Assembly: GCA_964016885.1 (NCBI GenBank)
Contig: OZ024740.1
Location: 59,520,001 to 59,584,000, forward strand
DNA: 64,000 bases
Source: Eledone cirrhosa
Lineage: Eukaryota
Direction: 5' to 3'
Under the pieces are notes generated by a model, which saw only the letters and a program-made list of their open reading frames with translations, was not told the DNA's origin and searched no databases. Shown one piece after another: positions 32,973-46,385 of this stretch (position 1 is its first letter; every line of letters begins with the position of its first letter). The position numbers and the translations under genes were made by a program.

Positions 32973-35307
32973 ATATCAAATCTATGAGATTTTGATATTT
33001 ATTTTGAGAACAGTACTTTAACATCACTATGAGTGGCAAGTTATAGCCAGTTTGAACAGAAAGAGGTGAGAGAATTCAGGCCGGATATGGATGGTTTAAA
33101 TGCTAAAAGGTTAAACCAAGTATTTTCAAATTGTTTTACTCATGGGTCTATTTTTTTTAATCAGAAAATTTATTTTGTCACCCATCACTCATTGTTATAA
33201 AAGTATCTTAGACTGTAAGACTTCATGCTAGAGCCTATTTATTTCATAGAGCTGAATTTTTTGAGCCAAAGTTCATTTCTGAAAAAATTGTTCATATAAC
33301 ATTGTAATGAACATTTAAATATATTCAAGCCAACATTTTTAGTTATGAATTTTTGAAGGTTATATTCCTTGAAATATAGGGAATTATAAGCATTACAGAT
33401 TTTTATTATTTAGAGATTGGACAGAAATTTGATAGCACAAGTCAAAGTAGTAGGAAGTTACATACATACATTTAAAAAAAATAAAAAACATACACACATA
33501 AGTACAGATACAAATGTACACACTCAGATAAAGACATAGTGTATAAACACAGATGAAGACATAGTATATATATACACAGATAAACACAATACGCATGAGG
33601 ATGTGCACATGCCCCCCACTCTCCTTCAATAAATGAATACATAGTATACACATCACATCAATGTAACTTGCATAGCATTGAAAGCTCAAAGACATATACA
33701 ACTAGCGTAAAAGCAACTTTTTCACTATAGCTTTGTTGTTTTAACCAGAAAAATTTGAAAGCCTGAGGAACATAAACAACATAAGGCTGAAAGAAAACTA
33801 TATTTTCTTGAAGAATAATGAATTTAAACCATTTGGGATTATTCTATTGTTAATATTTCAGAGGAGAACAAAGCAGTGGATTGGCAGAATCATAACAGTG
33901 TCGGACAAAATGCTTTGCAACATTTAGTTATGGCCCTTTACATTCTCAGTTCAAATCTTGCCAATGTCAATTTTGCCTTTCATCCTTCTGAAGTCATTAA
34001 AATAAAGTACTAGTGATGTACTGGGGTTAATGTAATCAACTTTTTCCTTCTCTCAAATTGTTAGCCTTATGTCTAAAATACAAATCAATATTTCAGGTGA
34101 GTATTTGTCAGTTCAAGTAAAGCTTTTTGATCCAATCAAACATTACAAATCTAGAATGAACATAGTGTTCTGGTTTGTGAGAAACAGACGTCACAGATGG
34201 GCTATTTGAACTTTTTCTCTTTTCATCAAGGGTTAGCTACTCCTATGTTTCTATGTACGGAGGTATATATGTCATACAGAGTATAGAAACTGGCTGGAAT
34301 GGTCATTCCACTTTCCATGACATCAATATAATTAAATAATAAATATTTATTCTAGAACACATTTGCAATGAATACATAGTTTTGAGTCCCCATCTACATA
34401 TCAAGCAATTCAATTTTTGAAATGGCTTTTGGCTTTTGGGCTATGATTGTCATGGTGTGTAAATAAGTTCTTATTCTCTAATCTAATCTAAAGTCTGTAT
34501 TAAGCCAGAACTCTCATTAGGCCAGTGCTTATCCCAGTTTCATGACATGAAGCAACGGAGAGTACAAGACTCTCCCTGGACAGGGTGCCAGTCCATCGCA
34601 GGGTTAAACCCCCAGCTACTGCTGGTAGTCATTTTCAGCTGAGTATACTGGAGCAACATGAAATGAAGTGTTTTGCTCAAGAACACAACACGCAACCCAG
34701 CCCAGGAATCGAACCCACAACATTATGATCATAAGTCCAACACCCTTTTATACCTCTAAATAGAACAATTTTCCTTAGTATTGATAAAACTCATTGGAAA
34801 ATATGGATTATTTTATGATATTCATGATTTGCCTTGAATAAATGAAGGTTGCATAAATCTGAGAGAATTCTTTAGCCTTGCAATAGACATGACAATCCCT
34901 CTAGCGTAGATATCTCAATAAAATGCACTCAGTATACTCTGCAAGTTGGTTGGCAATCAAACAAAGACAACATTGGGTAGGGAGAATTCTTTTGTAATGT
35001 CGAGAATGTGACAGTCTCTCTAGAGCTGGAGCCATATTAAAATGCATCCATTATAATCTGTAAAGTGTTTGGTGTTAAGAAAGCTGTACAAACCAGGCAA
35101 ACAATTTGGAACATATGAGTGAGAAGTAGCCCTCTGAACCATTTAAGAGGGCAATAATTCTGGATAAGAGCTGATTCGCTCCATCTAATTCATGCTTTCA
35201 TGGAAAGCAGACATGATGAAGTATCTTGGCAACATTGTTCAAAAGGATAATAAGAACTTATCTAAACTTCACAAAGTTAATTAATGCAGTTAAAAAAAAT
35301 ATTTGTC

Positions 35308-35722
35308 TTAACTCTTTAGCATTTACATTACTCTATATATACTATCGTGTTTTCCTGGTAAAAACTTTATTTCAAATAATTATCTCACATTATATCGAAT
35401 CTATGAGATTTTGATATTATTTATTTTGGCAGTATCGGTAGAGGGTTGGACGCCATGCTTTCCAGCATAGTTACGTCCCTTTACGATCTGAGTTCAAATC
35501 CCGCCGAGGTTGACTTTGCCTTTCATCCTTACGGGGTTGATAAAATAAAGTACCAGTAATGCACTGGGTAATTGCTGGCCTTGTGCCTAAAGTAAAAACA
35601 ATTATTTATTTTGAGAACCATACCTTAACATCAGTATAAGTGACCAATTACAGCTGGTTTGAACAGAAAGAGGTGAGAGAATTCTGGCTGGGTAAGGCCG
35701 GCTTAAATGCTAAAAGGGTTAA
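35308..35722. mobile_element. TTAA MITE (second copy) carrying a SINE A insertion
   Basis: ttaa-ctctttagcattta ... taaatgctaaaaggg-ttaa; SINE at 35429-35600 with a 13-bp TSD attatttattttg (35416-35428, 35601-35613). Confidence 0.85.
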
Positions 35723-36104
35723 ATTACTTGGTTTACTTTTAAAATGAGTGTTCTTAATTAGTTTGCAAACTCACCATAATCAAGTTTATATGTAGTGTTG
35801 AAACTAACTATCTTTCACAGAGGAGCAGTGATTGGCAGTATCAGTGGAGCATCAAGAACCTTGCTTTGTAGCATAGAGTTACGTCCCTTTATGCTCTGAG
35901 ATGAAACCCTGCCATGGTTAGCTTTGCATTTCATCCTTATGAGGTCGATAAAATAACGTACCAGTAACGTACTGGGGTCAATTTAATCGATTTTCCCCTA
36001 CCCCAAAAATTGTTAGCCTTGTGCCTAAATCAGAAATCATTATTCACAAAAGGTGGGGAACATCATAGAGCTATTGAAAAATTTTCTTTATACTATCCAT
36101 ATAC

Positions 36105-36192
<88 letters not shown>

Positions 36193-36199
36193 GAAATTA

Positions 36200-37170
36200 A
36201 TAGTAACAGAAGTATATGTTTCAAGTATTTTATATGAGGCATATATCAGAAATGTGTAATATCAGTTGGCATAAGGGCTAAAGTAGCAGTATATTAGAAA
36301 ATGAGTATGACAAACTGTTTGGAAACATGTGTACAAAGAGACAAACTAAGTATAATTTTCATGTTGTTACCTGTTAGAAAAAGTGGATGTTTTAAGTGAG
36401 AAAGTAGGCTGTATTAATAATATGGGTAATATGTATGGAGATTTAATATACTTACATTCACAATAAATTGAGATATTTAAAGAGAGGTAAAAATCTTTAA
36501 AATGTAAAACTTAAAGATAGATGATGCTGGATAAAGATGTATAGAAATATAGCTTTCTTTAGATCCACAATATTGCTTTTGTTGATTTTAATCTGATTTA
36601 ATTAATTACATTTACAAACTTGCTTTAATCAATTTTATATTTATTATATGAGCTGTTATAATACTCTTTAACAAACATATTCTTATCTTAATTATCAAAA
36701 CTAAGGATATGATTATAGAAAGAAGAGAAACATCTCCCAAAGGTTTCCTTTGGAAATTTCAAAAGATTAGAATTATATGTTGCCACCTAGTTACCAATTG
36801 TGAAAATTATGTTTGAAATTGATAGTGTTGTATAATTGTTCAATGTCTTTTATCGTCCTATTATCCCAAATAGTATTTTATTGTGTTAGAACTGAAGCTT
36901 TGTAAAGCTCTACAGAATTATATCATAACTGACAGTGATAAAATTGTATTGTTGCTTAGCTACAATCTGATTGCTGTTCAGAAATTAGGACCATAGATTT
37001 GCAGTATTTGAACTTCTTGAGTACAACTATTGACAGCTGCTTCAGTTACCATGACCCAGAGTTCCATCTTTGACTGCTTTTGGATTATCAAACAAAACTA
37101 TTTTGAATAATAAAAGCACAACAAAATCCTTTATTTTATGGTTTTGGATACTTCCTTAACAATGTATTTT
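36200..37170 (+). pseudogene. Decayed LRR gene remnant (cluster 2), paralogous to 26330-26815
   Basis: Shared blocks such as tcaaaagattagaa-tatatgtt-cca-ctagttaccaatt-tgaa-attatgttt; DLQYLNFLSTTID at about 36997. Confidence 0.42.
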
Positions 37171-37290
37171 ATGATGCTGCTGATAATGCTACTGGTGATG
37201 ATGATGGTGATAGTGATGGGGAGAGGGGGCTTGTGGCGATGACAACAATGACAATAAGAACAGCAACAACAATAAAACTATCAATGATGA

Positions 37291-37504
<214 letters not shown>

Positions 37505-37899
37505 ATTAAATGATCATGATGTAAAGAAGAAAACTATAAAGAAATGATAACAATGAATAAAAGGCGATGGAGGCAGAGAAAGTGAAGGATGAAAAAGAAG
37601 ACAGTTTTAGCTTCCACCTTTCTCTTTATAACACATTCAGTGAGATGACCCTTTATACAGTAAAAGATTTCAGCTTTCTTCACTTTCAAAAAGAAGAAGC
37701 ATATAAAGAAGTCCCTGATTCTCACTTCACTCCTAACCATTATAAAACATTAGCAAATCCTATTAACTTTATTGATGGAATACTTCTTCCAACATTAGAA
37801 TTGATATTATTGATTTTCCACCTAAATATAACATTTCATTTGGAATAATAATAATAATTATAATAATAATAATAATAATAACAATAATAATAATGATAA

Positions 37900-38091
37900 T
37901 AATTGTTTCTACTTTTGGCACAAGGCCAGCAATTACCCAGTACATTACTGGTACTTTATTTTATTGACCCTGTAAGGATGAAAGGCAAAGTTAACCTCAG
38001 CTGCATTTGAACTCAGACCATAAAGGGATGTAACTATGCTAGAAAGAATGGCGTCCAACTCTCTATCGATACTGCAAATTCACTGCCATAA

Positions 38092-38135
<44 letters not shown>

Positions 38136-38350
38136 TTTGTGTCTACTTTAGGCACAAGGCCAGTATTTTAGGGGAGGGGAAAGTCAATTAAACCAACCCT
38201 AGTGCATTACTGGTGCTTTATTTTATCAACTTCATAAGGATGAAAGGCAAAGCTAACCTCGGTGGGATTTGAACTCAGAACGTAAAGGGACATAACTCTA
38301 TGTCATATAGCATGTTGTCTGATGCTCTACCAACACTGTTAATCCACCAG
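37900..38350 (-). mobile_element. Two tandem SINE A copies embedded in (TAA)n
   Basis: Reverse complement of family A; (TAA)n before, between and after. Confidence 0.85.
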
Positions 38351-38375
38351 TATAATATATAATAATAATAATAAC

Positions 38376-40322
38376 TAATGGTCTACTAATGTGGCAAGCA
38401 AGGGCCATTCATAAACCACCTGAAACTGTTTCAAAACCAAATAGACTCATTGGTTAAAACACTCCAGATATGTAGCAATGACATCAATATGGAATTTGGG
38501 ATTTCCAAAAGCTCTGTACTCAACATGAAAAAAGGGAAGAAAGCAACCTGTAGTGGATTATAAATGCGATCAGAAAAAACTGTGGGAGAACTAGAAGATT
38601 TATTTAGTTTTTATCAAATAATAATATATACATAAATAACATTACAAATTGCTCACAATTCTTTCAGAATAACATTACAAATATAATGTCATTGATAAAC
38701 ACAAATACAAACACATATAACAAATACAGTTAACCATTGCTAGGAACCTCACAAAAACAATGCACCAAAATATATGACCAGAGCGAGAGAAAGAAAAATA
38801 AAAAAAAAATAAAAACAAAGGGGAAGCAAAAACAAAAATGAAAATGACCATCACTTCACCACCTAGTGTGACAATCAGCTGCACACCACAAGGGTCAACG
38901 GAATATTTTGAGGCAAGCCAATACACTCACAACATTACCATGGGTGATGGTGAGGCTAGCGTGCTGAAACAACCAGGTACCCTTATGGGCATCACCTGAT
39001 TCTACAGTAAAGTGAGCTGCCAGCAATGACAAGAACTTTGCTGTCAGTGACCCAACTTCACCAAACATCTTGAATGCCACATGCTGGAAAAAATAATTAT
39101 TAGATAAATCCAGGTATTTATGAATTTTATTCTGTTCAGCAATGGAAGCAGTGACACCCACATTTACTGCGGCATCCATGATATGGGAGGAAACAAAAGA
39201 GTCACTTACTGTGACGTCTCAGATGAGACACCTACCTTTTACTAAGGGACAAAGGGTAAGGCCGTCAGGTCACTTCCCATCACTTCTGGATAATCCAGCT
39301 GGCTCAAGAACAGAGGGGATATTTACCCAAGTTAGGACCTGTTTAACGATCAGGTTTAGCTCGGTGTAGCAGGTGAAATGACCAGCATTCAGGATGCAGG
39401 ACAAACCATGTTGGCCTGTGCAATCTCAGACCCCACTGACATCAGCTTCCACTCAAAGTGCAATGGAGGTAATGGCTATAAATATTTGGGGATCTTAGAG
39501 CTAGATGGTATTTTGCATGTAGAAATGAAAGAAAAGTTTAAAAAAGAGTAAAAATGATTTTAAAATCCAACTTGAATGCGAGAAATCTGGTCACTGCAAT
39601 GAATATCTGGGCAATTGCAGTGGTTAGATATAGTGTATCCATTCTCAGGTGGACTGAAGAAGAAATATCAAAATTGGATACAAGGATGAGAAAGTTAATG
39701 ACATTATAGAGTTTTACACCCTAAAGCAAATATTAATAGACTGTAGATGAAGAGAAAGAATGGTGACAGAGGCCTCACCAGGGTGGAGCATTGTATAAGG
39801 AGTGAAAGGAGAACATTTGCAGAATATTTGGTCAACAGTAACAAAGTGTTGTTACAATATGCAACAGAAGATATGGTTGGAAAGGAAGAAAAAAGGAAAG
39901 ATCTTGGAATGAGAATGCATGGCCAGTTTTAAAGAAATACACAGGATATCAAGGACAAAACAACATCATGGACATGACTTAAGCAAGGTGATTCGAAACA
40001 TGCCACTGAAAGCCTTGTAATTGAAGTGCATGACTAAGCTCTTGCTACCAATTCAGTGAACTATAACATCTACACTTCTGGCACCCAGAAATGCAGTTTC
40101 TGTGGAAAGAATGTGGAAAATGTGGCCCACTTAGTATATGGATGTGAGAGCTTTGCACAAAAAAATACAAGCACCGCCATGATAAATTCTGTCTATACCT
40201 TCATTGGCTTCTGTGTCGTAAATACCAATATGAAGTAATAGAGAATTTGTATGAGCGTGTGCCTTTTAAAGTAATGCAGGAGGATGGGAAAGCAATGGTA
40301 TTCTGGGATTATGATTTACAAA
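38376..40322 (+). mobile_element. Decayed R4/Dong-like LINE fragment interrupted by a CRE-like element
   Basis: INHLKLF..IDSLVKTL..SNDINMEFGISK (38410-38540); resumes GYKYLGILE..LNARNLVTAMNIWAIAVVRYS (39475+); MHGQF; CSFCGKNVENVAHLVYGC; WDYDLQT. Confidence 0.8.
38599..39465 (-). mobile_element. Decayed CRE-clade non-LTR retrotransposon 3' fragment
   Basis: Minus strand GQHGLSC..LNLIVKQVL..IPSVLEPAGLSRSDGK*PDGLT..WDVT..AEQNKIHKY..FQHASLTITHGN; aataaa near 38600. Confidence 0.8.
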
Positions 40323-43049
40323 CGGCAGGATTTGAACTCAGATCGTAAAGGGACATAATTATGCTGGAAACTATGTCCGACCCTCTACCGATACTGCCAA
40401 TTCACTGCCCTCATAATAATAATAGAATTAGGTAGCTATATCCATTCATCTTCTCTCAAATAACTGAAAAGTGAAAGCTATATCGTTACCGAGATCTCAA
40501 CTGAAGGGTTCTTCTTTTTCCTTTGCTACTTCAGATTCTACCCCATTTAAATAATATTTTCTACAATCTTTAATGTTTTCTAGTATAAAATACTTCTTGG
40601 ACAATTCTTTTTATTCATTTTACACTGAAGTTTATTCCATGTTTAGATTTATTTTATTTAAAGCTTTTTTCCTGTGTCTTATTTTCATAATTCATAAGAT
40701 TTTTTTAAATATTGGGAATTGGATATATATTTCGATTAAACTGAATGCCATTTGATAATAGAACACAGCATGTCTCATTGGTTAGGAAGAACACCTCAAA
40801 ATCACAAGATTCTGAGTTCAGTCCCAGTTTGGCATGTTAGGCAAATGCTTTTTATCACAAACTTGGATCAACTGAAGCCTTGTGAAAGAAGTTAGGTTGA
40901 CAAAATCTGTTTGGAAGCCCATCAAATAAACTGTATTTGTAATTCAAAGGATCTGCCTTGTTGCAAACTCTATCATGCTGTATCTCCCTGAAAATGTCAT
41001 TAAGTGTACACTGTAACTCTTGAAGGAATCGTAGGGACAGTATATTAACATACAGCATTTCTAGGGCATTTGTTTTTTAAACCTCGCAAATTTCTTCCAG
41101 AGAAGGATAGAGAGTGAAAAAGAGATATTGAAGAAGAATCGACCCCAGTACTTGACTGGTAATATTTTTATCAACCTCGAATGGATGAAAGGGAAAGTTG
41201 ACCTTGGCAGGATTTGAACTCTGAGAACAGAGAGCCAAAATGAATACTGCAAAGCATTCTATCCAATGTTCTAATAACTGTGCCAATTCGTTGTCCATAG
41301 TGTACACATAATAGAATATTCTGCCATTTACACATTAATTTGATGAGCATACAATTCTACTGACTGAACAATTGTAACAGTCAGTGTCAAAATTGACAGA
41401 GGTCTATTTAGCATTTTATGGCAAAATGGCAGATACATGAAAACAAGTTAAAAGGTTATCACCAGTATTTAAAAAAATGAATAGTGGTCTGCAGAGGCAA
41501 GAGTTAATTCAATGAAAAGTCAAAAGAGGAAACTAATAATTAAAGCTTTAACTAAAATACTTTGCAAAAATATTTTTCATGAATTAAACTCTTTCTATCC
41601 AGTTTAGAATTAACCCAATCTATTTGGTCTAGAATTAACTATGTATATCTGGTTTAGATTAAATACACTGTATCCCTGAGTGTTGTAAGAAGAGACTAAA
41701 ACGTTTAGTGCCAGAAAGGGCTGTAAACATTGCCTCAAAAGATCCCAACAAATGCCAGCATGGTAAAGTCGATGTAAAAACGTTGATGATGATAATGATG
41801 TTTCTGAACAAAATAAAAAGATACTCCTTTTCTTCCCATCACATTGAGAAACTTCACTTTCTGTTGCTTTTCACTAAATATATTTCATGTTCTTTTTAAA
41901 GAAATGAAATTTTTTCTTGTTTTTATATGTATGATATAAGATTAAGAATAACGATAACAGGAAGAGGAATTTATAGAATATAAAAGGAATACAACAATAA
42001 CTTATTTGATTACTGGTAGTATAGAAAAATATATATTCAATTAAATATCTAAAATTCAACCTTAAATTAAACTGAATTTTATACCCCCCCCCCCCCAAAG
42101 TTGTCGAGGTTTGTAAAGTACTAGTACTTTAATCTTCATCATCATCACCATCATCATCGTCACCATCACCACCACTTTGTCCTTCACTCATTTATTCCTG
42201 AAAGGGTTGTGGGGGAAGCATCCTCAGATATATCTTTTAGAGGGCCCTATTCAAAGTAACCATCTCCAAAATGATCTTGCTGGATCACCAAGTAAAACTC
42301 AACTAAGGTTATGGATGTTGTCTAAACATCTTGCTTATGGTCTACGTTTCGATTACCTGTCAGTTGGCTTTGCCCATAAAACCTGCCCAACAATTTTTTT
42401 CTGAGACATTCTAATCACATATCTACCAATCTTAATCTAACCTCATATCTACCTAATTAATAGTTCAGATTGAGGTACTGATTTTCATTAGTACTTCATC
42501 TTAACTATTAATTAAATAAAGACGACAACTTGGCAGAGTTGTTAATGTGCTGGATATAATATCTTGCAATATTTCTTCCAGTTCTCTACACTTTGAGTTC
42601 AAATCTATCTTTCATTCATTCCTGGATTGATAAATAAATAATAAACAATCCAGAGCAGTGGCTTAGTGGAGTTGTTAGAACATTAGATGACATGTCTTGT
42701 TGGCTTGTTCCATTCTGAGTTCAAATTCTCTACCTTACTTGATTATGATGGTAAAACATTGAGTCTCATGTGATAAAAAAGACTGCCTATAAAACTGCAA
42801 ATAATTCACAAAACTAATGTGGTGAGAGTTCATAGGACCCCCTGTATGTGTAGAGTGCAGCAAGATTTCAATAGCAGTATCTATAAGGTTGACTTGATAT
42901 TTTGGTGTATGGACATTTAACTATATTCTATTTACTGTAATCATTGTACCTATATGTCCAGTTACTAATCATTTTCAGGGAATGTATAGTATTAGACAAA
43001 GGGCATGCTCTAATTCAAATTTATTAGCTGCTGGATATCCATCAGCAAA

Positions 43050-43350
43050 TCAGTTGTTGTCATTGTTGTAGTTATCACTATCATTACTGCTGCTGCCACC
43101 ATCACCTTCACCCTTATCCCCCTCCTCCTCCTCGTCTCCTCTCATCATTACCACCACCACCCTCCTCCTCCTCCTACTCCTCATCCTCCTCCTCATCATC
43201 ATCATCATCACTACCCTCCTCTTCCACACCACCACCATCACCACCTTCATTACCACCACAACCACCACAACCTTCACCACCACCATCACCACCACCACCA
43301 TCACCACCACCATCACTGCTACCATCACCACCATCATCATCATCATCATT
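43050..43350. repeat. CAT/CAC/CCT low-complexity tract
   Basis: Mixed trinucleotide repeats. Confidence 0.9.
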
Positions 43351-43977
43351 TTCCATCCCCTTTCCAATACTGGTGTGCGTTGGACTATTAACTGACTGTT
43401 ACAGTCAGTTATTTCATTCTATTTAGTCAGATAAATATTTTATTTGACTGTCAAATATATTACATTTACAATTGTACATTTTACAATAATAGAGTTTAAT
43501 TTAATTTGTATATATGTACAATTGATTAAGTATATATGTACAATTGATTAAGTAGAGGTGAAATAGTAAAATGAATAAGTAATTATACTTCCTTATATGT
43601 TATAATTTCTATTAAACTATTTAGGTGTGGTTAAGATGTTTGCTTCATAACCACCCAGTTTGGGCTTCCATCCAACTTCTATCATAACCTCAGGGTAACC
43701 AATGCCTAACTGAGCAAAATTGGTAGATGGAAACTGTACAGATCCCACCACATACATATATATATCATCATCATCATCATCATCAGCGTTTTACGTCTAT
43801 TCTTCCACGCTAGCATGGGTTAGACGGGTTGTCCTGTTGTGGGCAGTGCCCGGTCGGCTGACCTTGTCTTGCTCATACGGGAGCTGATTTTGGCTTGATT
43901 TCTACATCTAGATACCCTTCCTAACACCATATATATATATACAGAGAGAGAGGGGGGAGGGGGAGAGAGAGAGAGAT

Positions 43978-44024
<47 letters not shown>

Positions 44025-44033
44025 GAGAAAGAG

Positions 44034-45470
44034 AAGGTGGAATTGGAAATAGCATGGAAAATATATTAAAGGATCTGTTTTGCTATTTTTCTTCTTTGAT
44101 TCGTCAAAGTGACATTATTGAAAAAATGAGAGGAACAATTTTATAATTGTTTCTACTTTTGGCACAAGGCCAGCAATTATCGCAGTGTATTACTGGTACT
44201 TTATTTTATCGACCCTGTAAGGATGAAAGGCAAAGTTAACCTTGGAGGTATTTGAACTTAGAATGGCAAGGGCCGTAACTCTATGCTGCAAAGCATGGTG
44301 TCCGACCCTCTATCGATACTGCCAATCCAATATATATAAAATATATAAAATATAACCGGTTTCGATGTATCAGTGTAAATCATCTTATCAAATGTTGAAT
44401 ATTACAATTAAAAAGAATTAAAAAGAATAAAAAATTTGAAATTTAAAAGTAAGTGTTGAAAAGGTCTGTGTTGAAAAGTAAGTGTTGAAAAGTAAGTGTT
44501 GAAAAGTAAGTGTTGAAAAGGTCTATCTTGTGAAGACTGGGTCTAAAATGGAACCTTATAGATAGAGAGAGAGGTAGTCATAGTAGTAGTAGAAGTAGTG
44601 TGGGTGGGTAGTTGTTTTTTTTCACAATACAAAATTATTTTTCGGAATAGTCTCAATTGTGTTAAAGGATTGGTCAAAAGTTCAGATGGGGTTACAAAGG
44701 GGGGGGGGAATGTAAGCTAGAGACAATTGCCATGGGGAAGAGAGGTAAGTGAGAGAGGCAAATGGGATTGTCAAAAGAAATTCTATTTTAGGAATATGAT
44801 TTTAGAGAATATGAATGTGTATGTGTGAGTGTCACGGAGTAGGCAGACTCAGAAAAACCTGGGACGACTTGATAAATTCCGACCTCACACACTTACACCT
44901 CTCCAAGACAATGTCACTGGACCGAGATCTTTGGCGCTACACAGTTATACAGAAGACCCGCCTTGCCTAAGTACAAAGCGAAAACCTACAGTCAGTAGGC
45001 ACCTCTAACAAAATACACCCCCGTCCCACTACCCCCACCTCATACACAACACCCCCTTAAATGTGAAGTTATGTTGGTACCACAACATCCAGTCCGAAAC
45101 AAATGAGGTCGTGTAGGTGTCACGACAAAAAAACACACAGTCCACGCTGTAATGTGGCCGTGTAGGTAACACGGTAAAAACCTCCCAGTACACACTGTAA
45201 ACGTGGTTGGTGTTGGGAAGGGCACCCAGCCGTAGAAAACCCGCCAGATGTGTAGGTGTCATGACAATAAAACACACAGTCCATGCTGTAATGTGGCCGT
45301 GTAGGTAACACGGTAAAAACCTCCCAGTCCACACTGTAAACGTGGTTGGTGTTAGGAAGGGCATCCAGCCGTAGAAAACCCGCTAGACAGTCCTGAACAA
45401 GACAACCAATCTTGACTCAAGTGGGACAATTCCCGTCCAGACCCATGCTAGCGTGGAAAATGGACGTTAA

Positions 45471-45530
<60 letters not shown>

Positions 45531-46085
45531 TGTGTGTGTGTATGTCTTATTATGAGTGTGAAGGGATCAAAATTAAGAGAAATATTTTTGGGGACACATG
45601 TATATACATATATATATATTTGTTTGTTTTTGTTGTGTTTTGTGTGTGTGCTTTAGTTTGTTTGACACAGGTCTTTTTGTAGTGGGAAATTAAAAAAACA
45701 GAGAAAAGAATTGTTCCTCTCATTTTTTCAATAATGTCACTTTGACGAATCAAAGAAGAAAAAAGAAAAACAGATCCATAAATATATTTTCCGTGTTATT
45801 TCCAATTCCAACTTTTCTTTATAACCCCTGTTTTGTATAGAACATTACTCCCTTTTGAAATGTATATATATATTTTTATCCTTTACGCTCTTTCCTTCAT
45901 TCCTCTACACGTTACTGTCTTATACACGCCACACATCTCAACGTACACCCACTTACATCTCTCTCTCCACCCGGATCTTGTTACCCGGAGATTTACCCAT
46001 CTGCATTGTCGAGGCTTCCAAACGACTTAAAGAAATTTACCTTATTATTCCACAATGCTTCAAGCAAACTTCAATACTCTCTTAT
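44034..46085. mobile_element. Nested region with an inverted repeat of about 108 bp and probable Penelope remnants
   Basis: 44034-44141 is the reverse complement of 45708-45816; between them are SINE A (-, 44147-44330), a degenerate hammerhead (-, 44351-44396) and an RTE 3' end. Confidence 0.5.
44832..45530 (+). mobile_element. RTE 3' fragment with an internally duplicated 3' UTR
   Basis: HGVGRLRKTWDDL...; the 3' UTR segment 45110-45247 repeats at 45249-45385; long (ATG)n tail. Confidence 0.9.
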
Positions 46086-46346
46086 ATATATATATATATA
46101 TAAATATTGACATACCCGGAAAAAAAGACAACCTTAACGGTTGGAGCTTCTGGGTATGTCAATATTTATTTATAAAACAAATCTCTCTATATATATAAAT
46201 GGAAAAAATGAAATTTCATTTCACACTCTTAGTATGGCTGATACTTAAATATAAGTATGTATAGGTACATACATATATGTATATAGACATACAGTAGTAT
46301 GTATATACATTCATACGTGCCTTTTGTTCAATACTGACAAAGGAAC

Positions 46347-46385
46347 AATGAACTAGTTTCTAGTTTATTAGCTGTCTTCAGCACC
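46347..46385 (-). ncRNA. Probable minimal hammerhead with canonical CUGAAGA core and palindromic ACUAGU stem III; stem II weakened
   Basis: Minus strand ggtg-CTGAAGA-cagctaataaacta-GAAA-ctag-TT-catt; lies in a partial tandem repeat (46196-46763). Confidence 0.45.

Larger units (their letters stand above)
29799..33114. mobile_element. TTAA-flanked (piggyBac-like) MITE split by a Tx1/L1 insertion
   Basis: Ends ttaa-acctttagcattta / taaatgctaaaagg-ttaa; both halves match the copy at 35308-35722. Confidence 0.8.
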
